Assembly: GCA_963801605.1 (NCBI GenBank)
Contig: CAWDFP010000007.1
Span: 192,001-256,000, forward strand
Reading direction: 5' to 3'
Length of the DNA: 64,000 nucleotides
Source: an uncultured candidate division Zixibacteria bacterium
GTDB taxonomy: Bacteria; Zixibacteria; MSB-5A5; UBA10806
Shown: piece after piece, positions 11,126 to 21,800 of the stretch
Layout: each line of letters starts with the position of its first letter
How positions within the stretch are numbered: the first letter of the stretch is position 1
The notes under the pieces: generated by a model
The model's database searches: none
What the model was told of the DNA's origin: nothing
The model's input: only the letters and a program-made list of their open reading frames with translations
Position numbers and translations under genes: made by a program

Positions 11126-12724
11126 TTATTTAAGCAACAGCATCTTGCCTGTGGATTTTCGCGGACCGTTATTCAATGAACAAAAATAAGTCCCGGACGA
11201 AACAAGCTCGCCAAACGTGTCTCGGCCAGTCCAATAAACATTATCAACGGTGTTGGCGGTTCCATTATATTCGTAAACCAACCGACCGGTAATATCATAT
11301 ATTCGCAGGATTAGAGGATAATCGCTTCTTACACCCGAAATAATAATCGTTGTCCCGCTATTGAAAGGGTTCGGGTAGTTATATAACGCCAACTGTTCGG
11401 GAATCTGAGGCTCAACATCGGTAGTATCCTCCAGGTAGCGGGCACTTTCAACCTTAAAACCGTAATACAACGATCGGGCAATTCGCGACTGTTCCCAGCG
11501 AACGTCATCAACGTTGGGCTCGTCTGCGCCCCAATTGTCGATAAGATAATCGGCTTCTCTGATTCCCCAGGCTTCAAGCGGCAAAGTGTAGCTATATACT
11601 CCGCTAGAGTCATGATCGAAAAGGTAGTGACTATTCAGAAAGTAATATGATCCGGGATTATCATAAAGATATTGGCTGCGCTGAACGCATAGATTATATA
11701 CCGGCGCCCCGGAAGGGTCTGAAATAAAAATTGGGACAGACTCGGCTTTTACCCATAGCGGGAATGCCAAAGACAATACCGGCGGACCAAGAATCCCAAA
11801 GATGGTAGCAAAAGACGGATCCTCCCCGGGACGATTGCCGCGAATTGCCACGGCTGATGACGTATAGCGGTTGGCAATTGTACAGGAAAGGTTATAGATA
11901 TATCCAGGCGGCCCGCCATGCTGTACACCGTCATAAGGGAGCGGGTAAGGGTCAGCATAAATATTGCCCATATCGCGAGCCAGAACCGCCAGCACCCAGC
12001 TAACATTAATCAGGCTGGTATCCAGACGGCTTTCAACAAGATTTTTAGCGCGTCGATAACGGTCCAAACCACTTTGATTAAGGCTGTCCCCCGAAAAAGA
12101 AAAGTTTGATCTGATGAGAAATCCAGGTGAATTGAGATCAGGATCGAGAGGATCGAATTTGCGGTAAGAACGATTGGCAGCTTCATAAAAAGCGCAGGCG
12201 CCTGTGGAATCGAGGCAGCCGAAATTCCAGCAAAAGCTTCGGCCCGTAATATTGGTGGAATCGAGAAAAGACTCGAAATCCGTAAGCGTTCGGCATGTCT
12301 CCAGGGCAAGACGCATGATCGTGCCATCATCAAGCCCATAATAAAGCGTATCATGAAGATTATAGGAATCAGAATTCATGATTGCGAAACCGTGTTCGTT
12401 GGCGCCCATATATATTCTGGTCGTATCCGAGCGATAGCAATCTCCCGTAAATTTATACGTGGTTATGCCATTCCTCTGATAGGAGTCATAATAAATATAG
12501 CGCTGGTTATGATCCGAAACATCACGGTTTTTCCAGATAATCGGCCTGCCATCGGCGGTTACAGCGCCGCTAAAAATGCCAACGGTGCATTCGCCCGGCG
12601 GGCCAAGTTCGGGTTGGTCATCGGCCCAAATGTTGCAGAATAGGCCAGCGCACAAACACAGCGAGAGGGCTACCGTAAATAGCATTTGGGATATACGTAT
12701 TGGGGAACCTATGCTGTTTACCAT
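11126..12724 (-). CDS. Secreted Ntn-hydrolase (C45/C69-like, Cys nucleophile) with T9SS-type CTD
   Basis: Signal peptide followed by GECTVGIFSG..DGRPIIWKNRD; C-terminal YNYPNPFN...SGTYFC...KMLLLK. Confidence 0.72.
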   Translation of the reverse strand: MVNSIGSPIRISQMLFTVALSLCLCAGLFCNIWADDQPELGPPGECTVGIFSGAVTADGRPIIWKNRDVSDHNQRYIYYDSYQRNGITTYKFTGDCYRSDTTRIYMGANEHGFAIMNSDSYNLHDTLYYGLDDGTIMRLALETCRTLTDFESFLDSTNITGRSFCWNFGCLDSTGACAFYEAANRSYRKFDPLDPDLNSPGFLIRSNFSFSGDSLNQSGLDRYRRAKNLVESRLDTSLINVSWVLAVLARDMGNIYADPYPLPYDGVQHGGPPGYIYNLSCTIANRYTSSAVAIRGNRPGEDPSFATIFGILGPPVLSLAFPLWVKAESVPIFISDPSGAPVYNLCVQRSQYLYDNPGSYYFLNSHYLFDHDSSGVYSYTLPLEAWGIREADYLIDNWGADEPNVDDVRWEQSRIARSLYYGFKVESARYLEDTTDVEPQIPEQLALYNYPNPFNSGTTIIISGVRSDYPLILRIYDITGRLVYEYNGTANTVDNVYWTGRDTFGELVSSGTYFCSLNNGPRKSTGKMLLLK

Positions 12725-12755
12725 TTATCTGTATCAATAAGCCGTAAATTAGGAT

Positions 12756-14288
12756 CTATTTTATCAATAACGCCTTAACGGTTGCAGAGTGAGCCTGAGA
12801 AGCGGCCCTAATAAGATAAACACCTGATGATAATGAATTGGAATGGTCGTCCCGTCCATCCCAAACTAAATGATTTTCATGCCCTCCAAACAAAGACAGG
12901 CTTTTTACCTCGCGCCCCATAATATCATAAATTTTTACTTCAATCGGGTCATTCTTATCGAAATGGGATAAATCAATTGTCGTATTGGAATTAAACGGAT
13001 TCGGATAATTTGAAATTTCCTCTTCCTGCCCGGAATCCCAGACAAGCTGAGGAGTAAAATCGAGCGGAATCCGTACATAAGAGTTATAAATACTATCCGC
13101 CAGTAAATTTTGAACTGATGCGAAAACTTCCGATCCCGGAATATTCTGCCGCCAACCTGTAAGATAAGAATCTGCTAAATTTAGAATGCTTGTTTCGAGC
13201 GGCAATGTATAAGTGAATAGCCCAACGCTATCTTTTCCCATCAGATAGCGGCTATCGAGATATTCGCCATCATTATGAAGCGTGTAAATCCTGGCGTGAC
13301 GGGCCATAACCTGGGAATACATGGGAACATTGGTTCCTCGATTTAAAACCGCTGGCACTTGATGCGATTCAACCCACAAAGGATAAGCTACCGAGAGCAC
13401 CGGCTGGCCTATCATGGCATAGATTGTGGATAGCCTGGGGTCTTCGCCCGGTTTTATACCGCGAATAACCATTACCGACCGCGTATTATCCCGATTGATG
13501 GTACTGTCGTGAACGCAGATAAAACCGGCAGGCCGACCATTTTGAGTGCCATTGTAGGGCAAGGGATATGGATCGGCAATCGGATTGGCTAAATCGCGTG
13601 TTAGTTTTTGAAAAATAAACCGGGGATCAATGCCTTGAGTTAACAATCGGGTTCGAACTAAATCGCAGGCTCTTTTATATCTGTCGTAACCATCATAATC
13701 CCTGGTACCGGATAGACTGAAAGTTGCCCGTAGTGTAACGCCGTTTCCTTCATTTAGAGAATCGTAAGCATCAAACTTTACATAACTGAAATTGGCGCAT
13801 TCATACAGAGCGGCGTGCCCGAAAGCATCCATAGCCGCATAATTCCAACAGTCTTTTCTTCCGATCACGGAGGTAGCATCGAGGATATGCTCGAAATCGG
13901 CCAGCGTACGACACCGTCCCAGAGCCATTTTCATGATGGTGCCATCGTCGATACCATCAATCATCTGGTCGCCAAGATTGTAGGAATTGCCGTTGATAAC
14001 CGCAAAACCTGTCGAATTAAGTCCCATGAAAACTTTGGTAGTATCGGAGGAAAAAGCATTGCCAATGAAAGCCAGAGTAGTATCAAGCAGGCTTACGGTT
14101 GGGGCGTAATAACAAAATTTCTGAACGGCGTTGGTGATATCGCGGTTTTTCCAAAGGATAGGGCGCCCATCGGTTGTAGCGTCTCCTGTAAAAATACCCA
14201 GAGTGCATTCACCAATTCTCGGTGGCGCTTTCGTATCGCTTTGAAAGACAATGAGAAAGAGAAGGGCGCAGATTACAATTGATCTCAT
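12756..14288 (-). CDS. Secreted Ntn-hydrolase (C45/C69-like) with T9SS-type CTD; paralog of the adjacent gene
   Basis: GECTLGIFTG..DGRPILWKNRD, DDGTIM, ADPYPLPY and NYPNPFN; start chosen at MRSIV after GCAGGGG. Confidence 0.72.
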   Translation of the reverse strand: MRSIVICALLFLIVFQSDTKAPPRIGECTLGIFTGDATTDGRPILWKNRDITNAVQKFCYYAPTVSLLDTTLAFIGNAFSSDTTKVFMGLNSTGFAVINGNSYNLGDQMIDGIDDGTIMKMALGRCRTLADFEHILDATSVIGRKDCWNYAAMDAFGHAALYECANFSYVKFDAYDSLNEGNGVTLRATFSLSGTRDYDGYDRYKRACDLVRTRLLTQGIDPRFIFQKLTRDLANPIADPYPLPYNGTQNGRPAGFICVHDSTINRDNTRSVMVIRGIKPGEDPRLSTIYAMIGQPVLSVAYPLWVESHQVPAVLNRGTNVPMYSQVMARHARIYTLHNDGEYLDSRYLMGKDSVGLFTYTLPLETSILNLADSYLTGWRQNIPGSEVFASVQNLLADSIYNSYVRIPLDFTPQLVWDSGQEEEISNYPNPFNSNTTIDLSHFDKNDPIEVKIYDIMGREVKSLSLFGGHENHLVWDGRDDHSNSLSSGVYLIRAASQAHSATVKALLIK

Positions 14289-14457
14289 ATTTACCCCTGC
14301 GAAAAATAGCATCAGTTACGAATAAGTCAAGCTTTTAATAAAATTAAGCAAATGTTATCCATTATTGGATGCTGGCAATTCTTGTTAGCGTTTTATTTGG
14401 AATAATTGCGGGACTTTGGCGTATCGCCTTAACTTCCCTCTCCCCCTTTCTTTTAGC

Positions 14458-14485
14458 TTGACATAAAGCCGGAGGCGATTAACTT
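14458..14485 (+). promoter_or_regulatory. Sigma70-type promoter, probably leaderless transcript
   Basis: TTGACA-N16-TAACTT, with the ATG at 14493 lying 7 nt after the -10. Confidence 0.55.
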
Positions 14486-14492
14486 TCGACAG

Positions 14493-14813
14493 ATGGAAGA
14501 CTTTATTTCTTACTTCTCGCTTGTCGCCCTGATTCTGGTATTGATTCTTCTCACCTGGGCCATCATCCTGATGTATATTGACCGCACTCGCAAGGTAACG
14601 GCCCGCAGCCGCCTGGCGGAGTTGCGAAAAAAAGTTGAGGCATTGCCTGAGGAAACTGACGAAGAAAAGCTTAAAAAGAACCAGCTTCATCGCGAGTTAA
14701 ATTTGGAATACCTCGATAATATTCTTGGTGAAATCGAAAAGATTCAAGTCAGCCTTGCCAAAAAAGCGCTGGAAGATAAAAAGAATAAGGCTAAGAAGAA
14801 AAGTAAAAAGTAA
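14493..14813 (+). CDS. Hypothetical membrane-anchored coiled-coil protein with Lys-rich tail
   Basis: One N-terminal TM helix, a heptad-like charged region and KKNKAKKKSKK end; upstream promoter. Confidence 0.65.
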   Translation: MEDFISYFSLVALILVLILLTWAIILMYIDRTRKVTARSRLAELRKKVEALPEETDEEKLKKNQLHRELNLEYLDNILGEIEKIQVSLAKKALEDKKNKAKKKSKK

Positions 14814-14865
14814 GCGAGTTGTTTTCGGCCCATTTTTTGATCTTCATATAAAAAAAGGGATAATA

Positions 14866-15990
14866 ATGAAAAGAGCAGTAATTCTGGCCATTCTGGCAGG
14901 CTTCATATTTTCCTGCGGAAGTGACAAACCGACAGATAGTAATCATGGCATAACCGTGAGTATACTTCCTTACCGCGCCGTAGTCGATCTTGGCGCCACT
15001 TATCATTTTATATCGAGAGTTGATGGCGCCAGTAATCAGATTGTTTATTGGAGCATGGAAGGTGATACCTCCGCCGGCCGAATAGATTCGCTGGGAAATT
15101 ACTTAGCGCCAATGTCTACGCCAGTAGGTATAGATTCAGTCAGGATTACGGCCAGAGCGCAGGTAGATGAAACTAAAACCGCCAGGGCCTGGGCGGTACT
15201 GGTCGATCCCGCTAAGATTTATGTCTCCGTAAACGGCTCAGATACTACCGGATTAGGGACCAGATGGCGTCCATACCGCTCGATTTCACAGGGCCTTTAT
15301 CGGGCGCGTGTTAATCAAATGGTGTTAGTTGGCGCAGGTCAATACGATATAGCAAGCGGTGAGACGTTTCCTTTGCGCGTATTGGGAGGTATTACGGTTC
15401 AAGGAGCCGGTAGAGATTCCACCTTTGTGGTTGGTCCGGGGGGAACTGATCCTTTGAGAGACGCCATATTCGAAATCAACGGCGATGCCATCACCGTTGA
15501 AAAGCTAAATATTAGCTCTTCAAATTCAATGGGGATCGGAGTCTGGATACGTCCGGGGCGATATGTAAAGCTATCGCATAATCAAATCAGTCAAAATTAT
15601 ATCGGCGTTTATTCGAGCGGTAAATTCATCCCGCCGGCGCTGATTGAATCCAATCACATCACCGAGGATTCAATTGGAATTGTAACCGCGGATTCAAGCG
15701 GACTTATTATTAGAAACAGTAACATTTTCAATTGTTATAAATATGGAATTGAAATTCGAGATTTCAGTAGTCCAAATCTGGGAATGAACGATTCCACTGC
15801 CGCCGGCAATGATACAATCCAGAATTGCGGCAACGGCAATGTTTATCTTATTTACAATGGTAGTCCGGACACGGTCTGGGCTATCGGTAATACCTGGATA
15901 TATCCCGTCCCTGAATATAACGATATCTATATTTACGACGATGATGAATCGGGGATGGCGTCGGGTCCGGTAATATTAAGAGAGCCGTAA
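14866..15990 (+). CDS. Lipoprotein with Ig-like, DUF1565-like and right-handed beta-helix domains
   Basis: MKRAVILAILAGFIFSC lipobox; IYVSVNGSDTTGLGT..PYRSI motif; PbH1-like repeats. Confidence 0.72.
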   Translation: MKRAVILAILAGFIFSCGSDKPTDSNHGITVSILPYRAVVDLGATYHFISRVDGASNQIVYWSMEGDTSAGRIDSLGNYLAPMSTPVGIDSVRITARAQVDETKTARAWAVLVDPAKIYVSVNGSDTTGLGTRWRPYRSISQGLYRARVNQMVLVGAGQYDIASGETFPLRVLGGITVQGAGRDSTFVVGPGGTDPLRDAIFEINGDAITVEKLNISSSNSMGIGVWIRPGRYVKLSHNQISQNYIGVYSSGKFIPPALIESNHITEDSIGIVTADSSGLIIRNSNIFNCYKYGIEIRDFSSPNLGMNDSTAAGNDTIQNCGNGNVYLIYNGSPDTVWAIGNTWIYPVPEYNDIYIYDDDESGMASGPVILREP

Positions 15991-16015
15991 CGATAAAAGC
16001 TAAAATCACAAATTG

Positions 16016-16044
16016 AAGGCGGCATTAATCATGTCGCCTTTTTT
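16016..16044 (+). terminator. Intrinsic terminator
   Basis: AAGGCGGCAT-TAATC-ATGTCGCCTT followed by TTTT. Confidence 0.7.
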
Positions 16045-16273
16045 GATTCAACTGCTTTAGCCAACGGCAGGAAATACTTTAATAATGTATAGTCGATACA
16101 ATATTTATCGGATTAAACAAACCTGGTAATTTTTTCATCTATCCCTTCTGTTCTCCAATTATAAATTTCGAAACATCAGAACCTCGTTTTCCGTAATGAA
16201 ATAAGGTTGTGAAAATAGAATGGGCGGGCGAGTTGCTGGGAGTACCTCAACACTAACTGTTGGAGATAACGGC

Positions 16274-18574
16274 ATGAATCGTAAATCAGGTAAAACCATT
16301 CCGCTGCTGACAACAATTATGATCCTGATGACAATACCTATAATCAATCTTCGGGCAACCGAATTCGCCCCGGTCTTTCATCCCACGCTCGAAATTAAAA
16401 GACTCAGCGGAACTATCAAGATCGATGGTAATCTCGATGACTCCGGATGGATTTCGGCGTCGAAGGCTGTCAATTTCGTCGAACGTTACCCCGGAAAAAA
16501 TCTCAAACCTGAGGTAGAAACCGAGGCATTAATAACCTACGATGATAATAATCTTTACGTCGCGTTTGTATGTAAAGATGATCCCTCGAAGATCCGGGCT
16601 ACAATGTGCCAGAGAGATCAATTTTCCAACGATGACGACGTCTGTCTGCTTCTGGATACTTATGGCAACGCTTCCTGGGCGTACGAATTATTCGTAAATC
16701 CGTACGGCATTCAAATGGATCGTTTATGGTCGAATATTACCGGCGAAGACGAAGGATTCGATATGATTTGGGAATCTGCCGGTAAGATCACTGATTCAGG
16801 TTACCAGGTTGAGATCGCGGTCCCCTTTGCAAGCCTGAGATTTCCTAACGTAGATACCCAAAGCTGGAAAATAGATTTTTGGCGCAATCACCCACGCGAG
16901 TTTAACAGGCAATATTCCTGGGCCGCTTATAATCCTGACGATCAATGCTGGGTTTGTCAGTGGGGTACCGCAAATGGGATTATTGGAGTCAAGCCCGGTA
17001 AAGGATTGGAAATTCTGCCAAGCGTTATAGCCAATCAATCAGGCGAAATTGCGCCACCTGCTAACTTAGATTCCAAATTCATCAATAATGATCCCAAGGC
17101 AGCGGGGTCTATCGGCGCCAAATACTCTATTTCATCGAACATGACGATGGAAGCCACTTATAATCCGGATTTCAGTCAAATCGAAGCAGATGCGGCTCAG
17201 ATAGACGTGAACTCCACTATCGCCCTGCGCTATCCGGAAAAACGTCCCTTTTTCCAGGAAGGCAGCGATATATTCCAAACGCCGTTCAATTCGTTTTATT
17301 CGAGAACCATCAATGATCCCCGGTTTGCAGCCAAGATGACGGGCAGAACGGGACGGTATAATATCGGATTTCTTTCGGCGTATGATGAAAATACGCCGTA
17401 TATAATTCCGCTCGAGGAAAAAAGTATTCTGGTCAATTCCGGAAAAAGTACGGTCAATATATTGAGGGCGTCACGGACGATAGGCAGGAATAACTATCTG
17501 GGATTTATCGTAACTGACCGGCGTTTCAACGGGGGCGGATACGGTACGATACTGGCGGCCGACGGGGTATACAGACTCTCGGAAAAATATAGCATAGTGG
17601 CGCAGTATATTGCCAGCCTTACCAAAGAGCCCGCCGATAGCACTTTGAATGCTAATGAAGGATTGATTGGCGAGACATTCGATAAGAATAAACATACGGT
17701 AGCGCTCGATGGTGAATCTTATGGCGGCGAGGCCATTGTTTCCCAATTCCGCAGACAAGCCCGCAATTGGAGTTTTAATTTAAATTACGATCATACCTCG
17801 CCAACATACCGTACTGAGACCGGTTATGATCCCTGGAATGATTATAAAAACCTAAATTTCTATTCCCAGTACGATTTCTATCCGACAAATAGTATTTTCG
17901 GCCGAATCTCTCCTCAATTGGCAATTGAGAATCGCTGGGATTTTTCAAATCGAAAAAAGTGGATGCACGGCGGTATCGAGCTTCAAAATAACCTGAATTT
18001 CGCTCAAACCTATATTAACCTTTCATATTTCGCCAGTAATGAAAGATGGCAGGGTATCGACTTTAAGAATCTCTGGAATTTTGAATTTCAAACCGGGTTT
18101 CAACCGACTAACATGATTTCATTTGACTTTCAAATGGACTACGGCCCAAATGTTGCAGTCTGGATTCCGACAAAAGGTAATCAAACTTATATTGAGGCCA
18201 GCTTAAGCTTCAAGCCAATCGACAGGTTGGTTATCGAACCTACTCTGGGATTTTCGCGAAGCAAACAGGTCGATTCGGGTGACGAGCTTTACCGTCAAAC
18301 AATCGCAAGAACCAGGGTTCGGCTCCAGGTCAACAAGGAATTATCGATGCGTCTGGTAGCCCAATATATAGATGAGTCCAACTCCTTTGGCGGGCGCTCC
18401 AAAAACTGGGAATTCGATCCGCTGGTGACATACAGAATCAGTTCGTTTTCGGTATTCTATGTCGGTTCCACTCATAATTTATCGAAACTTACGGATCAGG
18501 CAGGCATCAGAGACGGCTGGAGACAGGTTGCCAGACAATATTTTGTAAAGCTTCAATATCTGTTCAGGGTATAA
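16274..18574 (+). CDS. CBM9-like domain / DUF5916 outer-membrane beta-barrel protein
   Basis: Signal peptide; IKIDGNLDD..W and YDDNNLYVAF (CBM9-like); NPDFSQIEAD and PEKRPFFQEG; C-terminal YFVKLQYLFRV beta-signal. Confidence 0.8.
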   Translation: MNRKSGKTIPLLTTIMILMTIPIINLRATEFAPVFHPTLEIKRLSGTIKIDGNLDDSGWISASKAVNFVERYPGKNLKPEVETEALITYDDNNLYVAFVCKDDPSKIRATMCQRDQFSNDDDVCLLLDTYGNASWAYELFVNPYGIQMDRLWSNITGEDEGFDMIWESAGKITDSGYQVEIAVPFASLRFPNVDTQSWKIDFWRNHPREFNRQYSWAAYNPDDQCWVCQWGTANGIIGVKPGKGLEILPSVIANQSGEIAPPANLDSKFINNDPKAAGSIGAKYSISSNMTMEATYNPDFSQIEADAAQIDVNSTIALRYPEKRPFFQEGSDIFQTPFNSFYSRTINDPRFAAKMTGRTGRYNIGFLSAYDENTPYIIPLEEKSILVNSGKSTVNILRASRTIGRNNYLGFIVTDRRFNGGGYGTILAADGVYRLSEKYSIVAQYIASLTKEPADSTLNANEGLIGETFDKNKHTVALDGESYGGEAIVSQFRRQARNWSFNLNYDHTSPTYRTETGYDPWNDYKNLNFYSQYDFYPTNSIFGRISPQLAIENRWDFSNRKKWMHGGIELQNNLNFAQTYINLSYFASNERWQGIDFKNLWNFEFQTGFQPTNMISFDFQMDYGPNVAVWIPTKGNQTYIEASLSFKPIDRLVIEPTLGFSRSKQVDSGDELYRQTIARTRVRLQVNKELSMRLVAQYIDESNSFGGRSKNWEFDPLVTYRISSFSVFYVGSTHNLSKLTDQAGIRDGWRQVARQYFVKLQYLFRV

Positions 18575-18606
18575 TCGCTAATCGACTTTTATAAATTACC
18601 GTTTTC

Positions 18607-18633
18607 GGCCGTCATTTTCTTAATTTGACGGCC
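18607..18633 (+). terminator. Hairpin downstream of the DUF5916 gene
   Basis: GGCCGTCA-N11-TGACGGCC. Confidence 0.45.
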
Positions 18634-18806
18634 TAAATATTTCATGGATGCTTGATTTTTTATTAGAATTTAGTGATGAAAATGTCTGATTATTATAAAT
18701 TTGTTATTAGTAATTAATCACGAATAGCGCCATATTGGTCTCGGCTTGACGCTTTTTATATTGCGTTATGGCCTCTTTATTATTATAGTTACGCGAATTT
18801 TCTTTA

Positions 18807-21800
18807 ATGGAGGGTCCCAAATTGCGTTTAGGCCTGGATATCGGCTCTGTATCATTATACCTGATCGTTTTAGATGACAATGATTCGGTTATAAAATCCT
18901 ATTATATCCGCCACAAAGGCGATCCCATTGGATGCGCGCAAAGCGCTATAATTCAGGCATCCAACGAATTTGGCGAATTTAAGTACTGTGGTTTTACCGG
19001 CAACGGCGCGCTACAGCTTGCCAGGATAATGGAAGCTCCGTTCCTCAACGAATTTTCCGCTATCAGCGCTGCAGTCGCGAAACTGATACCATCGGCTCGC
19101 ACCATATTCGAAATGGGCGGGCAGCAAGCGAAATATATTCATCTGGCATCCGATTCCGCAGGAAATGCAACCTCTCTCGATGATTTTGCGGCCAGCGGCC
19201 TTTGCGCAGCGGGCACGGGCTCATTTCTGGATCAACAAGCCACTCGAATTGGAATTGATATCGAAACGGAGTTTGGCCAATTGGCAGTTCAGTCGGTTAA
19301 TCCCCCGCATATTGCCGGACGGTGTTCCGTTTTTGCCAAATCAGATATGATTCACCATCAGCAGCGCGGCGTACCGGTGCAGGACATTATCGCCGGTTTA
19401 TGTTATGCTGTAGCCAGAAATTTTAAGGGTACGATAGCAAAATCAAAGAGACTTGATAAGCCCGTCGTATTCCTGGGCGGTGTGGCCTCGAATCCGGGAG
19501 TGGTCAAGGCGTTTACGGATGTCTTCGAGTTGACTGAAGGCGAGCTAATTGTTCCTGAATGGCATAAATTTGCCGGAGCGATCGGCGCGGCGAGTTTAGC
19601 CCGGGAATACAGCCTCGAAATTAATCAATTCAATGAGAAATGCCGTGAAGCCAGCTTATTGTCAGCATCGGGAATGCCGCGTACCACTGCCCTATCCTAT
19701 CTCTTTCCTGAGACCAAAAGCTATGATAAAACTCTTCGCGAGGAAAAACCTCGAAGCGACGTTAAAGCGGGATTTCTGGGAATCGATATCGGTTCACTTT
19801 CTACCAACGTAGTTTTAATAGACGAAAATTGTGAGGTCGTTTCTCGTCGGTATCTGATGACCGCGGGCCGTCCAATAGAGGCTATGCAGCGCGGTCTGCG
19901 CGAAATCCGCGAGGAAATTGCGCCTGATTTCGAAGTGCTGGGAGTTGCTACCACAGGATCGGGACGATATCTCATCGGAGAGCTGGTCGGAGCCGATATT
20001 ATCCGCAACGAAATAACCGCTCAGGCTACCGGGGGTGCTTATTTCGTACCTGACGCTGATACCATTTTCGAAATCGGCGGACAGGATTCGAAATATATCA
20101 GCCTCGATAACGGGGTGGTGGTCGATTTCGAAATGAACCGAGCCTGCGCGGCGGGTACTGGATCATTTTTGGAGGAGCAAGCCGAAAGATTAGCAATCAA
20201 TATTAAAAAACAGTTTGCGGATTTGGCTTTCAGCGCCCCCAAGCCGGTTTCCTGCGGCGAGCGATGTACTGTATTTATGGAGTCCGATCTGGTTCGCTAT
20301 GAACAAGGCGGAGCGTCAAAAGAGGAGATCACCGCGGGACTGGCGCTGGCTGTGGTTCATAATTATCTCAATAAGGTCGTTGGGCGGAAAAGGGTTGGAA
20401 ATAAGATTCTGTTTCAGGGCGGCGTCGCCTGGAATAAGGCGGTAGTGGCAGCTTTTGAGACTGTGGTCGGTAAGGAAATCATGGTACCGCCGCATCATGA
20501 TATAACCGGAGCCATTGGCGCCGCGATCCTGGTCAGAAATGTCAAGCCTGCGAAAACAAATTTCAAGGGATTCGATCTGGCGCTCAGAAAAATCGCGCAG
20601 GAAACATTTCGATGCGAAGACTGCGCCAATATGTGCAATATCACTCGCGTGATCGACAGCGGGCGGGAGCTTTATTATGGATCGCGCTGCGAGAAATATG
20701 ACGCTGAGGGAAGCGCTAAGGGAACGGCCATTAATTCGGTTATTATTCGAAATCGCAAATTTTTCGCATCACCCGGCAAAACCGAAAAGTCTCGTCCCCT
20801 GACCGTCGGTCTCCCCAGAGCGCTCGCCAATTGGGAATATTATTATTTCTGGCGAAGATTTTTCGGTGAATTGGGAATCAAGGTACTAATCTCCAAAGCC
20901 AGCGCCGGCGAGGTTATTCAGGAAGGCGTTGAATCGGTTGGCTCGGAAACATGTTTCCCGGTAAAGGTGGCGCATGGACATCTTATAGATATAGCCAAAC
21001 GAAAGCTCGATTTTATCTTTCTGCCATCGATTATTACTGGCGTGGAAAATCCTCCCAAAGGAACCAATAATTATTATTGCCCGTATATCCAGGCATTTCC
21101 TTTTATCGCGGCGGCCTCGATCCGAGATCTTCAGGACAAAGATATAGTCTCCCCTGTTATCAGATTCGGCGAGGGGCTGGAGGCAGTGACCAGGGTTCTG
21201 TTCGCGGCGCTTAAGAAATATGAACTTACTGAAAAAGAAATTAGAAACGCCCTCGATAGCGCCATGCGGAAATTCGATGAATTCAAAAGAGAATTGATTG
21301 AATCTGGTAAGGAATATCTATCGACAATTTCCCATGATAGGCCGGGCATTCTTTTGATCGGACGGCCCTACAACAGCCTCGATCCGGGCGTCTCGATGGA
21401 TATTGCCAAAAAACTAACCGATCTGGGCGTGACAGTCATTCCCATGGAGATGGCGCCCGTATTCGCGGACGATTTTGGTTTTGTCTACTGGCAAAGCGGT
21501 CGCCGGATTTTACGAGCCGCCAAGTTTGCCAGGCAGACTCCAAATTTATATCCTGTCTATATCAGTAATTTTGGCTGCGGACCTGATTCCTTTATTCTGC
21601 ATCATTTCAAGCGCATCATGGGAGACAAACCGCATCTGATACTTGAGCTGGATGAACATTCAGCCGATGCCGGCCTCGTTACCCGTTGCGAAGCATTTCT
21701 TGATAGCCTGCCAAAGGGCGACAAAGCATTCCCGGCGCCGGAGCTTCAGCTTCACTCCAATGGCTACAAGCGTAAGCTCCTGATTCCACGCATGTGCGAT

